A stretch of DNA of 64,000 bases from Candidatus Bathyarchaeota archaeon (GCA_963833575.1 CAWHXY010000004.1:224001-288000), one strand, 5' to 3'. Shown: positions 10,077 through 20,611, counted from the stretch's first letter. Notes: generated by a model from the sequence alone, not told the origin. Numbers and translations: made by a program.

Positions 10077-10274
10077 ATGTTGCTGGAAGTAGAACGTCCA
10101 TGCTTCAAAAATTTCCCTGATGAATGCATAGAATGCCCTGAATACCGCGAAACAAGGCCAGATCAGGCTTCGCAACTCATATTTTTTCCAGGGATGACGT
10201 ATGTGCCAGAAACGCCAAGAATCGTCAAAGAATGTAAACGATATCACAAACGCAAAGTTGAATACCTAATATAA
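10077..10274 (+). CDS. Small Cys-containing hypothetical protein
   Basis: 65-aa ORF with C..CxxC..C, preceded by GGGGA and a TATA-like sequence. Confidence 0.5.
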   Translation: MLLEVERPCFKNFPDECIECPEYRETRPDQASQLIFFPGMTYVPETPRIVKECKRYHKRKVEYLI

Positions 10275-10388
10275 AAAATCTCAACAACGCGAAATCAGAC
10301 ACGGTCAAAGTTGACACAAAAAGTAATTTACCAGGGAAAAGAGTCGATTTCCACTTGACTTCTTAAATCAGAGCCTTTTTTCTTCATT

Positions 10389-11609
10389 TCAAGCATGTTG
10401 TTTCGCTGCATCTTGCGAGTGCCCACTTTTTCGCATTGCAAAAATCGCTTCGGTTTCAGGCCCACCCAATTCAGTTGATACTAGCTTTAGTTTTTCAGGG
10501 ATTGAAATATGCTGTGGACAACGTTCCATGCATTTCTTGCATTCTTTGCATAATGAAGCATCAGACCGTTTTCCTGTTAGGCCACCCATTAATATCATGG
10601 CATACATTGCACGTGATCTTTGTTCGTCGCCAAACATGTAATAATCATTGTAGATTCTGAAGCTGCTGGGTATGTTCACGCCATAGGGACAGGGCATACA
10701 ATATTGGCAGCCTGTACATGGAACCTTCATTAGACACCTAAAAGATTCAGCCACATTCTTGATAACAGTTAGCTCGCTGCGTTTCATTGAGCAAGGCAAA
10801 GCGGTTTCAGCTGCCTTAATGTTTTCGGCAACGTGGTTTTCATCGTTCATTCCAGAAAGCGCTAAAGTTACTTCAGGGTGATTCCAAACCCAGCGAAGCC
10901 CCCACTCAGCCGGAGACCTTTGAATTTTAGCGGCATCATAAAACTGCTTTACTTTATCCGGAAGCTTGTCTGCTAGCGTTCCTCCCCTGAGTGGCTCCAT
11001 AATCATAACTGCAAGATTCTTTGAGGTAGCATACTTCAGCCCCTTAGTTCCAGCCTGTAAGTTCTGATCCAAAAAATTATATAATATTTGACACATCGCC
11101 CAATCATAGGTATTAACGATCTCTTTGAAAGTTTTAAATGAACCGTGAAACGAAAAACCTAAGTTGACGATCTTTCCATCAGCTTTTGCTTTTTCCAAAA
11201 ATTCAAAAACGCCAAAGCCAAGCAGTTTTTTCCAAGATTCTTCTTCGAGCCCGTGGAGAAGGTAATAGTCTATGTGGTCTGTTTGGAGTTTTTTAAGTTG
11301 TAAGCTAAGCATTTTATTCATATCTTCGGCCTTGCCGAGAAGAAAAGGCGTGAGTTTAGTGGCTATCTTCACTTTTTCTCTGTAGCCGCCGAGCAGAGCT
11401 TTTCCAAGAACTTTCTCGCTCTCGCCGCCATGATAGGGTGGAGCTGAGTCAACATAGTTTACACCATTGTCGATGGCGAAGCGGATTTGATTTATAGCAC
11501 GTTCTTCATCAACATTTTCTCCCTTTAATGGCAAACGCATTGTGCCAAATCCAAGGACAGATAACTTATCTCCATTTTTTGGAACGGTTCTATATTGCAT
11601 TGCAAACAC
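10389..11609 (-). CDS. Aldo/keto reductase with C-terminal 4Fe-4S dicluster domain
   Basis: LGFGTMRLP, GVNYVDSA, DYYLLH, CTGCQYCMPCP, CKECKKCMERCP. Confidence 0.93.
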   Translation of the reverse strand: MFAMQYRTVPKNGDKLSVLGFGTMRLPLKGENVDEERAINQIRFAIDNGVNYVDSAPPYHGGESEKVLGKALLGGYREKVKIATKLTPFLLGKAEDMNKMLSLQLKKLQTDHIDYYLLHGLEEESWKKLLGFGVFEFLEKAKADGKIVNLGFSFHGSFKTFKEIVNTYDWAMCQILYNFLDQNLQAGTKGLKYATSKNLAVMIMEPLRGGTLADKLPDKVKQFYDAAKIQRSPAEWGLRWVWNHPEVTLALSGMNDENHVAENIKAAETALPCSMKRSELTVIKNVAESFRCLMKVPCTGCQYCMPCPYGVNIPSSFRIYNDYYMFGDEQRSRAMYAMILMGGLTGKRSDASLCKECKKCMERCPQHISIPEKLKLVSTELGGPETEAIFAMRKSGHSQDAAKQHA

Positions 11610-12130
11610 CTACATCCAATTAACCATTAACGTTTTAAGTGGTTTATCAATTTGCAATTAACCAAATAACTCTTAAAAGCATTTTCTGTAGATGTGTTTT
11701 ATCAATAATATTTCAATAGGTCAGGCGAGAGAAATTAGAAAAATTCCTTTATTTGCATAGAAGGATGATACCAGCGCCAAATTGCTTCAGCAACTTTTTC
11801 CGAGTATCCATGATCGGTTAATTTGCTAAATACTTGGTCTGATTTGTACCCATTCTCATTCTTCGGGTTCATGTTTTCTTCGTTATCTAATTTTCATATA
11901 AATATTCTGAATCTAAGCTTAACTTGTAGACTTGTACGACACAAATACAATCAACACTTCATCTATCGGGGGTAAACATGTCCAGACGTTTTAGATGACT
12001 ATCCGTTTCATTTCTTAATCGGATTAATTTTTAGAAAATAAGAAATCCTTCAACGGTAGTCAAATGAATATATTTTTTACTACGCACATATCGTTAATTC
12101 TGTTTTTAGATTAATACAAAGACGATCGGT

Positions 12131-12424
12131 ATGAGACGTTCCAAACTAGAAATGTACGTTGACATCCTCAGTGTTTTGGCTCACAGAGGACCGTTAAAAC
12201 TAACACACGTTATGTATAAAGCAAATGTTAACTGCAGTGTCCTCAAAGAGTATCTTGATTTTCTCATGAAACAGGGCTTAGTGGAAGAACGCACCATAAG
12301 GAAACAACGTACTGTCTACGCTGTTACTCAACGGGGAATAACAGTTCTGAAATACTTTAAAGAACTAAAACAGGTTTTACCTATAGTAGAGGAAGCAAGA
12401 AACCAAGCATCAATTCCCTACTAA
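12131..12424 (+). CDS. Winged-helix protein (HTH_45/DUF4364-like)
   Basis: RRSKLEMYVDIL...THVMYKANVN...YL..L...GLV...Y.VT.RG. Confidence 0.88.
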   Translation: MRRSKLEMYVDILSVLAHRGPLKLTHVMYKANVNCSVLKEYLDFLMKQGLVEERTIRKQRTVYAVTQRGITVLKYFKELKQVLPIVEEARNQASIPY

Positions 12425-12502
12425 AACGACAAAACGCCTATTTCTTAACTTATCCATTTCTTGTAGTTTTTTCCGACTGGAATTAGTTGAAAAAGCTCGT
12501 TA

Positions 12503-12531
12503 TATCCTTAGAAAAGCTTATCCTTAGAAAA
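12503..12531 (+). promoter_or_regulatory. Direct repeat upstream of the flavodoxin gene
   Basis: TATCCTTAGAAAA at 12503-12515 and 12519-12531. Confidence 0.35.
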
Positions 12532-12560
12532 CTAATATTGTTATTTATAAGGTCAAAACC

Positions 12561-13037
12561 ATGAAATCGTTGGTTGTTTATTATTCAAGAAGTGGTAACA
12601 CTAAATTTGTAGCTCAAAAGGTAGCTGGGAAACTCGGTGCGGACATTGAAGAGGTTGTCGACAAGAAAGACAGACACGGGTGGATTGGGTTCTTAAAAGG
12701 TGGACGCGACGCAGGCCAAGGCAAAGAAACCGAAATTGAAGAAACAAAGTTTCTGCCCGACAATTATGATTTGATTGTTGTTGGGACTCCAATATGGAAC
12801 GGGAGACCTACGCCGGCAATAAGAACATATTTGAGCAAAAACGATATTTCAAAAAAGAAAGTAGCCCTTTTCTGCACGTTAAACGGAACTAAAGAAGACA
12901 AAGTTATCGCAAACACAAAGGCGCTATTACCCAACAACAATATCGTAGGCACACTTGCAATAAAAAAGGTACTGAAAAATCCACAAGAAGCTGAGAACAT
13001 GGTTTCTGCCTGGTGCAGCAGCCTTATTTCGACTTAA
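12561..13037 (+). CDS. Flavodoxin family protein
   Basis: VVYYSRSGNT, GTPIW, ALFCT. Confidence 0.92.
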   Translation: MKSLVVYYSRSGNTKFVAQKVAGKLGADIEEVVDKKDRHGWIGFLKGGRDAGQGKETEIEETKFLPDNYDLIVVGTPIWNGRPTPAIRTYLSKNDISKKKVALFCTLNGTKEDKVIANTKALLPNNNIVGTLAIKKVLKNPQEAENMVSAWCSSLIST

Positions 13038-13131
13038 ACGCACCTCTATATCTTGCAAACCAAAAAACCGTTGGACCGCGAAATCTTTAATAAATTTTTG
13101 CGATAACAAAAAGCAAGATGGGTTGTAGGCT

Positions 13132-13743
13132 ATGTGGGTTGAACTAGCTGATGAAACTGTAGTAAAAAGGACTATTGAAGCTCTTGAAGGCAGAGGCGTT
13201 CATGTTGAGCTTTTGAACACCAAAGAAGATGCTTTGAAGAGATTGACAGAATTTATTCCTTCAGGAGTCGATGTAATGACTGGCAGCTCCACCACACTTA
13301 ATGAAATTGGTTTTGTTGAACTTTTGAAGTCAGGCAAACACCCGTGGAATAACCTCAAAGACAAAATAGTTTCGGAAAAGGATCCTTTGAAACAAGCTGA
13401 ACTTCGCAAGAAAAGCATCCTTGCTGATTATTTTTTAGGCAGCGTCCATGCGGTTTCACAAGCTGGAGAAGTAGTTACTGCAAGCAATACTGGTAGCCAA
13501 TTGGCTCCTTACGCTTTTTCGTCAAGTAATGTGGTTTGGGTTGTGGGTACACAGAAAATTGTTTCTAGTGTAGAGGAAGGGCTCAGGCGAGTGCGTGAGT
13601 ATTGTCTACCTCTTGAAGACAAACGAATGAAGCAGGCTGGATTCAAAGGCTGTTCAATAGGTAAAATCCTGATATTTGAAAAAGAAACGTTACCCTTCCG
13701 GAAAGTCACTCTATTTTTTGTGAATGAAAAATTGGGATTCTGA
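13132..13743 (+). CDS. LUD (lactate utilization/DUF162-like) domain protein
   Basis: GSSTTL.EIG, ADYFLGSVHAV, VVGTQKIV. Confidence 0.85.
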   Translation: MWVELADETVVKRTIEALEGRGVHVELLNTKEDALKRLTEFIPSGVDVMTGSSTTLNEIGFVELLKSGKHPWNNLKDKIVSEKDPLKQAELRKKSILADYFLGSVHAVSQAGEVVTASNTGSQLAPYAFSSSNVVWVVGTQKIVSSVEEGLRRVREYCLPLEDKRMKQAGFKGCSIGKILIFEKETLPFRKVTLFFVNEKLGF

Positions 13744-13830
13744 TTAAAGCAATGGCGTAGCTTCGCAAAAAACAAAGGAATCAGCGGCAAACACCACTTT
13801 TTAAACAACCCAGATTTGACCAAAATCGAC

Positions 13831-13969
13831 ATTTTCGCCGTTTTCCAACTTTTAACGCCGATTACCGCCGCTTAACACCGCAATCTGGAAACAAATCAAA
13901 CGCTGATTCAAAAAAACAATCCAAAACAGACAGTCCAGAAATAGCAATTCCAACTGTTGTTGTTCATTC
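13831..13969 (+). repeat. Dispersed element copy E: 10-bp tract (TTAACGCCGN-type), core 13881-13927, tail
   Basis: attttcgccg ttttccaact tttaacgccg attaccgccg cttaacaccg CAATCTGGAAACAAATCAAACGCTGATTCAAAAAAACAATCCAAAAC...CTGTTGTTGTTCATTC. Confidence 0.88.
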
Positions 13970-14010
13970 AGAAAAAAAAATCAAACCAAAAGTTAACAAG
14001 AATTATGATT

Positions 14011-14171
14011 ACATCTTTTGATGTTGGTTGACGATCGTTGACGTATTTTGACGAATAGCGACGACTGTTGACGAATATTGACGTAGCCTGCAAACATTAC
14101 AATCCCCAAACCCAAAAAACAATCTAAACCCGTTTGATTAAAAATTGCAATTTCATCTGTTGTTGTTCTTC
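14011..14171 (+). repeat. Dispersed element copy F: 10-bp tract (ACGNNNNTTG-type, ~7 units), core 14084-14130, tail
   Basis: acgatcgttg acgtattttg acgaatagcg acgactgttg acgaatattg acg TAGCCTGCAAACATTACAATCCCCAAACCCAAAAAACAATCTAAACC...CTGTTGTTGTTCTTC. Confidence 0.88.
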
Positions 14172-14295
14172 TAAAGAATAAGAGTTTTTTTGCTCAAATA
14201 AAAGAATGGGAAGCTGAGCTCCTCATGTCTCTGGTTAGTTTAAGTATCAGTGAACATATAAAATACAATTCAAAAATAGTTTGGAACTTTAACTG

Positions 14296-15543
14296 GTGAA
14301 CATTTTGAGAATCGGCTTCTTTGTTTATGAATATTCACCAGCAATTGTTGGTGGCTTAGGGACGTATGCTGAAAATGTAACACAGGAATATGTTGACATG
14401 GGACATGACGTTTCAGTTTTCACATTAAATTTTGGGGGGAATCTGAAAACCAGAGAAATCCTAAGAGGTGTGGAGGTTCATCGTCCATTAATTGCTGATG
14501 CGAGCAACGTTTTTCCATTTTTCGTGGTTGACGATTTAAAGAAATGGGGAACTAACATAAAATTCTTCAATGACATTTTCATGTACAATATTCTCAGCGC
14601 GACTAAATTCATCAACGGCTTGATAAAAAAAGAGAAGTACAATTTTGACGTTGTGTGCGTACACGATTGGCTAAGCAGTATTTCCGGTCTTGTGATAAAG
14701 AACGAAACAAAAATCCCAGTGGTCTTTCATACACACAGTACGGAATGGGGAAGAAGCGAGGGTAAGGGATCGGAAGTGGTGTCGCATTTTGAAGATGCGA
14801 TGGCTCACAACTCAGACAGGCTAATCACCGTCAGCTACGCCATGCAACAAGACTTAATTAAGCATGGTTGGCCGTCATCAAAAATAAGCGTAGTCTGGAA
14901 CGGAGTCGACCCTGACCGCTACAACATGGCAAAATGCAAACCCGAGGACATAGCAGCAATTCGCGAAAAGTATAGCGTTCCAAAAGATTGGAACATGCTT
15001 CTGTTTGTGGGAAGGCTATCTTGGGTAAAAGGCGCTAGAAACCTTGTGTTAGCAATGCCCTCTGTCCTAAAGGAATACCCTAACACCAAACTCGTAATTC
15101 TAGGTAAAGGGGATGAACAAATAATAACTGAAGCTGCCTACAGGTTAAACATAACAAACAACGTAGCTTGCCGCTTTGATTTTGTGTCTGAACCAGAGAG
15201 AATCCTGCATTACGCCGCTTCCGACGTATGCATATTTCCATCTGTCTACGAACCATTTGGAATTGTGTCCTTAGAGGCCATGGCAATGGAAAAACCAGTG
15301 GTCGTAGGCGCACGCGGTGTAGTAGGTTTTAAAGAGCAAGTACTAAGCTCCGGCCCTGACCAGAACGGTGTGCACATAAATGGCGAAGATCCTCTCGACA
15401 TAGCCTGGGGAATAAAAGAGACCTTGCGAAACCCCGAAAAAGCCAGAAAATGGGGTGAAAACGGACGCAAAAGAGTAATAGAATACTTCACATGGCACAA
15501 AGCTGCGGACGAGACACTAAAAATCTACGAATCGCTAATCTGA
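14296..15543 (+). CDS. GT4 family glycosyltransferase (putative glycogen/alpha-glucan synthesis)
   Basis: GGLGTY, HDW, H.HSTE.GR, FVGRL, PSVYEPFGIVSLEAMA. Confidence 0.9.
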   Translation: MNILRIGFFVYEYSPAIVGGLGTYAENVTQEYVDMGHDVSVFTLNFGGNLKTREILRGVEVHRPLIADASNVFPFFVVDDLKKWGTNIKFFNDIFMYNILSATKFINGLIKKEKYNFDVVCVHDWLSSISGLVIKNETKIPVVFHTHSTEWGRSEGKGSEVVSHFEDAMAHNSDRLITVSYAMQQDLIKHGWPSSKISVVWNGVDPDRYNMAKCKPEDIAAIREKYSVPKDWNMLLFVGRLSWVKGARNLVLAMPSVLKEYPNTKLVILGKGDEQIITEAAYRLNITNNVACRFDFVSEPERILHYAASDVCIFPSVYEPFGIVSLEAMAMEKPVVVGARGVVGFKEQVLSSGPDQNGVHINGEDPLDIAWGIKETLRNPEKARKWGENGRKRVIEYFTWHKAADETLKIYESLI

Positions 15544-15640
15544 AAAGATTAAAGACTGCACCAGAATAATCAAGCGTCCTCTAATAGACTAATAAGAATG
15601 TCTTACCTTAACAGTAGATCAATCCCAAGGTAGATGTTTT

Positions 15641-15937
15641 ATGCCAGTAACAATTGGTTCACTATTCAGACGAATTGTTAAAGAATTGAAGACGAAAGAC
15701 GACAACCCAAATAGCTGCTTAAACAATCCAAAAAGCGACTTCTATAACCCAAATCACGACATCAACAATCCATGCAGCGACATCAACAACCAAAATAGCG
15801 GAATCAACAATGCGTCAAATAACCAATACAACAAAGAACTGCGAAGATGCGCTCTGCGAGAACTCATAAATTTGTATTTGTCTGACTATCTGTCTACTTA
15901 CCAAACAGAGAAGCCCGTTGCAGAGTATATCCCATGA
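15641..15937 (+). CDS. Hypothetical protein with Asn-rich heptad repeats
   Basis: NPNSCLN NPKSDFY NPNHDIN NPCSDIN NQNSGIN. Confidence 0.55.
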   Translation: MPVTIGSLFRRIVKELKTKDDNPNSCLNNPKSDFYNPNHDINNPCSDINNQNSGINNASNNQYNKELRRCALRELINLYLSDYLSTYQTEKPVAEYIP

Positions 15938-15968
15938 AATCATTAAGCACTAAGTAAAACAAGGTTTT

Positions 15969-17990
15969 TTGATGAGCGATCTTGAAAACCGATTAACTCG
16001 CCTGCTAAATAGTGATTCGTACCTCGGCCCGTTTTCTGATCAAATTCGACACAGATTGGAAAATATTGAAAAAACAGAGGATCGCCTAACTCAAGGCAAA
16101 ATGACCTTAGCAGATTTCGCGTCCGGCCACGAATACTTTGGCATGCATTTTCAAAGAGGAGAATGGGTATTTCGTGAATGGGCACCAAACGCAACAAAGA
16201 TTTACCTGATAGGCGATATGAGTAAATGGCAAGAGAGCCGAGAATTTGAACTCCAAAAGATCAACAACTTTGGCGTCTGGGAAATTCACCTGACCGCTAA
16301 CAAACTAAAACATGGCGATTTGTATCGGCTCCGTATTCATTGGGCAGGGGGCGAAGGCGATCGCATTCCAGTGTACGCTCGACGAGTTATCCAAGATCCA
16401 AAAACATTGATTTTCAACGCCCAAGTATGGTCACCTCTTCAAACATATTGTTGGAAAGAAACTAATTTCAAAAGACCTGAAGAGCCCCCTATCATTTACG
16501 AAGCTCATATCGGTATGGCACAAGAAGAAGAAAAAATCGGAACCTTCCAAGAATTCACTCTCAACGTTCTTCCGCGAATCGTCGCCGCTGGATACAACAC
16601 GTTACAGCTAATGGCTATTCAAGAACATCCATACTATGGATCATTTGGATATCAAGTATCAAGCTTTTTCGCTTCTTCATCACGGTACGGAACACCTGAG
16701 GATTTGAAATTATTAATCGACTCTGCGCATTCCAAAGGGCTCAGCGTCTGCATGGATCTAATCCACTCCCATTCTGTGTCCAACGAGGTGGAAGGTTTAA
16801 GTCGCTTCGACGGAACACTATTTCAGTATTTTCATGAAGGCCCGCGAGGAATTCACAAGGCATGGGATTCACGAGTCTTTGATTATGGCAAACCTCAGGT
16901 TTTGCATTTTTTACTTTCCAATTGCCGATACTGGCTAGACGAATTCCACTTTGACGGTTTTCGGTTTGATGGCGTCACAAGCATGATTTACCTTGAACAC
17001 GGTCTTAAGAGAGTATTCACTTCCTACAACGATTATTTTGATGGAAGCGTGGATGAAGAAGCTCTTACATACTTGGCTCTAGCCAACAGGGTGATTCATG
17101 ATGTGAACACCGACGCTATCACCATAGCTGAAGACGTTAGCGGCATGCCTGGTCTAGCCGTTTCCCAGTCAAAGGGCGGGTTCGGTTTTGACTATCGCTT
17201 CGCAATGGGCGTGCCTGATTACTGGATCCGTCTAATAAAAGATTACAAAGATGAAGACTGGCCCACCAGTTACCTTTGGTTTGAGCTTACCAACCACAGA
17301 ACAGATGAGAAAACCATTAGTTACGCCGAATCTCACGACCAAGCATTAGTGGGAGACCAAACACTTATTTTCCGACTGATCGGCGAAGACATGTACAACC
17401 ACATGTCCATCGATGATGAAAATGCAAAGGTCGCCCGGGGAATAGCATTGCACAAGATGATCCGTCTAATAACCCTAAGCTCAGCCAACAACGGATATCT
17501 AAACTTCATGGGCAACGAATTTGGCCACCCAGACTGGATAGATTTTCCCCGGGAAGGAAACAACTGGTCATTCAAACATGCACATCGACAATGGCATCTC
17601 GCAGACGACACCCACCTAAAATATTATTTACTAGCCCGATTTGACCGCGACATGATTGCCCTAGCCAAAACACATCACCTACTTGAAACGCCTCTCCTGC
17701 AACTCCTGCATGAGGATTCCACAAAAAAAGTAATCATTTTCAAGAGGACTGATCTGATTTTTGCCTTCAATTTTAATCCCCAACAATCCTTTGCTGATTA
17801 TCGATTCGAAGCGCCTCCTGGAAAATATCGAATGATTCTAGACAGTGATTCACCAAAGTACGGAGGACACGGTCGCCTGGACCCCAAGCAAACTCATTTC
17901 ACTCTTTATGATAACATTGAAGGAAAAAATCAAAACATACTCAGTCTCTATCTGCCAGCGCGCATCGCTTTTGTCCTAGTAAGAACATAG
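15969..17990 (+). CDS. glgB: 1,4-alpha-glucan branching enzyme (GH13_8-like, with CBM48)
   Basis: FREWAPNA, IYEAHIGM, HPYYGSFGYQV, catalytic FRFDGVTSM / AEDVS / ESHDQALVGD. Confidence 0.93.
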   Translation: MMSDLENRLTRLLNSDSYLGPFSDQIRHRLENIEKTEDRLTQGKMTLADFASGHEYFGMHFQRGEWVFREWAPNATKIYLIGDMSKWQESREFELQKINNFGVWEIHLTANKLKHGDLYRLRIHWAGGEGDRIPVYARRVIQDPKTLIFNAQVWSPLQTYCWKETNFKRPEEPPIIYEAHIGMAQEEEKIGTFQEFTLNVLPRIVAAGYNTLQLMAIQEHPYYGSFGYQVSSFFASSSRYGTPEDLKLLIDSAHSKGLSVCMDLIHSHSVSNEVEGLSRFDGTLFQYFHEGPRGIHKAWDSRVFDYGKPQVLHFLLSNCRYWLDEFHFDGFRFDGVTSMIYLEHGLKRVFTSYNDYFDGSVDEEALTYLALANRVIHDVNTDAITIAEDVSGMPGLAVSQSKGGFGFDYRFAMGVPDYWIRLIKDYKDEDWPTSYLWFELTNHRTDEKTISYAESHDQALVGDQTLIFRLIGEDMYNHMSIDDENAKVARGIALHKMIRLITLSSANNGYLNFMGNEFGHPDWIDFPREGNNWSFKHAHRQWHLADDTHLKYYLLARFDRDMIALAKTHHLLETPLLQLLHEDSTKKVIIFKRTDLIFAFNFNPQQSFADYRFEAPPGKYRMILDSDSPKYGGHGRLDPKQTHFTLYDNIEGKNQNILSLYLPARIAFVLVRT

Positions 17991-18125
17991 AAGACCCTCA
18001 ACCATAAAACATGCCTCAAACAAAACAGAAAAAAGCTCTACCTCAAAAAACAAGATGAATGAGATTAAACAAATCTAAAGTAACACAGTGCCCAGATTTG
18101 TTTAGGATTTTAGGGTGAATCAAAA

Positions 18126-18496
18126 ATGGAAAGTTTCTCTAACGAAGCATATTATTTGTTTTTTTCTGCATTGGCAAATAGCACGCGTCTTGCAATAATT
18201 GATGTTCTAAAGCAAGGACCTAAGAATATTTCAGGTATTTCAGCGGTTCTGGAACAAGATGAACCCTAATCGCTGGCAACCTCAAACTGCTGGAACGTTC
18301 TTCACTATTGCTCTCTCAAGGTTCTGGAAAAGAGAACCGTTACTCTTTGAATATGGAAGCTTTTGCTCCGCTTTCCGAGCTTCTAACTTTTCATACGAAC
18401 AAGTATTGCCTTAATCTTAAGTTGTGTACCTCCCGAAAAACTCGAAGCCTACATGAAAAAAAAGCCGCCAAAGAGACATTCGTAGAAAACCAATGA
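18126..18496 (+). pseudogene. Frameshifted ArsR family regulator
   Basis: MESFSNEAYYLFFSALANSTRLAIIDVLKQGPKNI...EQDEP* continues in another frame as IAGNLKLLERSSLLLSQGSGKENRYSLN; break near 18267. Confidence 0.75.
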
Positions 18497-18527
18497 TTCG
18501 TCCAGCACACCTTAAATTACAAATGAT

Positions 18528-18566
18528 TACTTGCACAAGCCCCAAACCAAAAAACAAATCTAAAAC
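18528..18566 (+). repeat. Dispersed element copy G (partial core)
   Basis: ACTTGCACAAGCCCCAAACCAAAAAACAAATCTAAAAC. Confidence 0.55.
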
Positions 18567-18685
18567 AAAAAAGCAGCAAGATTAATTCTGCAAAGACTTC
18601 TAAGCAAAATAAATCAATAAGCAGTCAAATGAATAATAGAAAGAATTAAGTAACAACACTCACTACATATCATTTACTATTGTGA

Positions 18686-19609
18686 GTGTTCCGAAGAATG
18701 ACTGAAAAACAGGAAAATTTGGAACAAAATAACGTGAGGGTCCCATCAAACTCTAATCAATCTCAAGGTGAAACAGAGGATCTAGAAAAACAAAGCGAAC
18801 AAGAAAAACTCAACAAAAAAAACGATGAAGAAAACTATAAAGTCATGCAATATGTAGGCATTTACCTCATAGTTTCACTGTCAGTTTTAATTGCGATTGG
18901 ATCGATTGTATATCTTCTGCATGTTAGCAGTCCTCTCGTAAAGACCGTTTTGTATGTTGGAGTATCTGGAGGTATTGGGGGAGTTTTCTATTGCATCAGG
19001 GGATTCATTTTTCATAATGTTAAGAATGATTTTGAAGCTAAGTGGAAATGGTGGTATCTTTATCAACCGTTAACTGGATTTGTGTTTGGGATATTAGCGT
19101 ATTTTTTGCTTGTCGGCGGACTTTTGACCCTGGGCTCAGTTGATCAAGTAGATTACAGTAAAGGCATTCTGCTTTATTGTTCAATTTCATTTCTGGCAGG
19201 CTTTTCAACTAAGAAATTCACCGAAAAACTTGATGAATTAGCCTCAAGTATCTTTTCGTCCTCTGAAAAATCTGCGGCATCTGAAACACCAGTTGCTAGC
19301 TTTGATGTTTCCGGATTCCCAAATCCCGCAACATCCGGCGCCCTTGGCTCAGTAACGGTTACAGCAAAAGATGCAAAAGGAAACTCCTTAGGCGACTATA
19401 TAGGCACGGTTAAGATAACTTCAAGCGACAAGGCTGCTCTGTTGCCTGACGATTACAAGTTCCAACCAAGCGACAAAGGAACACATAAATTCAATGTCAC
19501 TCTAAATACAACCGGCACCCAGTTGATTAAAGCCACTGATTCCGCGGATAACTCTATTATAGGCTCTCAAACTGACATAACCGTCAAAGCATCTTCGCCA
19601 CCGCCATAA
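18686..19609 (+). CDS. Membrane protein (about 4 TM) with C-terminal Ig-like domain
   Basis: TM segments with GGIGG and WWYLYQP; VTVTAKDAKGN...YIGTVKITSSD..A.LP.DY.F...D.G.H.F.VTL.T.GTQ. Start may be ATG 18698. Confidence 0.75.
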   Translation: MFRRMTEKQENLEQNNVRVPSNSNQSQGETEDLEKQSEQEKLNKKNDEENYKVMQYVGIYLIVSLSVLIAIGSIVYLLHVSSPLVKTVLYVGVSGGIGGVFYCIRGFIFHNVKNDFEAKWKWWYLYQPLTGFVFGILAYFLLVGGLLTLGSVDQVDYSKGILLYCSISFLAGFSTKKFTEKLDELASSIFSSSEKSAASETPVASFDVSGFPNPATSGALGSVTVTAKDAKGNSLGDYIGTVKITSSDKAALLPDDYKFQPSDKGTHKFNVTLNTTGTQLIKATDSADNSIIGSQTDITVKASSPPP

Positions 19610-19802
19610 TAGAAACATAAGTCTTAAGCAACAAAAGTTATTTCCCACCTGCGAACCGGAAAAAAAGGGAGTTTTCTCAGTTTAAGCAAATTTGTTTGTA
19701 GGCTTAGGTTTACGAAGGTGTTCAAAACTGTTTCAGAGAACTGTTTCTAATCTATTTCAGCGAATTACCATAAGATTTTATGCACATGTTCTAATAAGGT
19801 GA

Positions 19803-20107
19803 TTAAAAAACGCAAAAAACTAAAGTGATCGTAGCGGTTGTCACAATAGCCGCTCTAACATTAACTATCGTGGGACTGGCAGGAGCCCAACTCAGTTAAT
19901 CAACCATACAACAACATCTGCACAAACCCAAACAATTCTATATCTAATTCAGTCTTTTGGAGTTGGATAGGCACCAGCTTTGGATTTAGAAACAACCAAC
20001 CATACGCAAACCAGCACGTTGCTCCTCAAGCATCAACGAGCAGTTCAGTATCAGCGCCATACCAAGGCAGCTATTACGGCTATGGACCCTGCACGAGAGG
20101 CGGGTAA
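19803..20107 (+). pseudogene. Disrupted small secreted Gly/Tyr-rich protein
   Basis: KTKVIVAVVTIAALTLTIVGLAGAQLS* then, in another frame, ...FWSWIGTSFGF...PYQGSYYGYGPCTRGG*. No intact start codon. Confidence 0.5.
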
Positions 20108-20248
20108 GAAAACTCACCCTCCTTACAAGAGATTTCCTCATTTTCTTTGTTTTATCTTTAACAATTTGTAATGTCGGCTATTATCGCTGGCGATGCCTGA
20201 ATAGGGATAAATTGGGTGTAAAATTGGAAAAACGTTTATAATATTATC

Positions 20249-20269
20249 GCTACTACTATTGATAGTAGC
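20249..20269. promoter_or_regulatory. Palindromic operator 1, GCTACTA-N7-TAGTAGC
   Basis: Directly downstream of BRE/TATA-like GAAAAACGTTTATAAT; arms identical to the site at 20957. Confidence 0.7.
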
Positions 20270-20380
20270 TAAGCAATAAGAAGAAAGAAAAACCAGACAA
20301 AGACCCAACAAAAACCTTAACCTTCACAGCCCCAAACCCAAAAGCTCAAAAAACCACCCCAACAAGATCACAATTACTCC

Positions 20381-20484
20381 AAGCCGCCGCCAGAATCAAT
20401 CCCCTCGAAAAGCTTAATCTCCTTTCTCCTTTCAAGGGCGGAACCCTCTTTGCCAGTGAGAAGTTCTCCCTCTGGTGGCGGCTT
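20381..20484. other. Candidate structured RNA / long-range hairpin
   Basis: AAGCCGCCGCCAGA (20381-94) pairs with TCTGGTGGCGGCTT (20471-84) with one G-U pair; internal AGGG-CGGAA-CCCT hairpin. Confidence 0.4.
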
Positions 20485-20611
20485 ACAAAGAAGTCAAATG
20501 GGTAATTAATTGAAATAAGAATGTTATCAAAACACGTTTTATTGATTGTAGGTACAAAAGAAAGTAATGATTTCAAGTTACGCGGAATTCTCTTGATTTT
20601 TAGGAAAAGTA

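Noticed and set aside
19667-19765. Possible minus-strand degenerate copy of the dispersed element (ATTTGTTTGTAGGCT followed by CTGTTTC repeats)
   Set aside because: The match is too short to call by eye. If an HMM confirmed it, the strict co-orientation claim would weaken.
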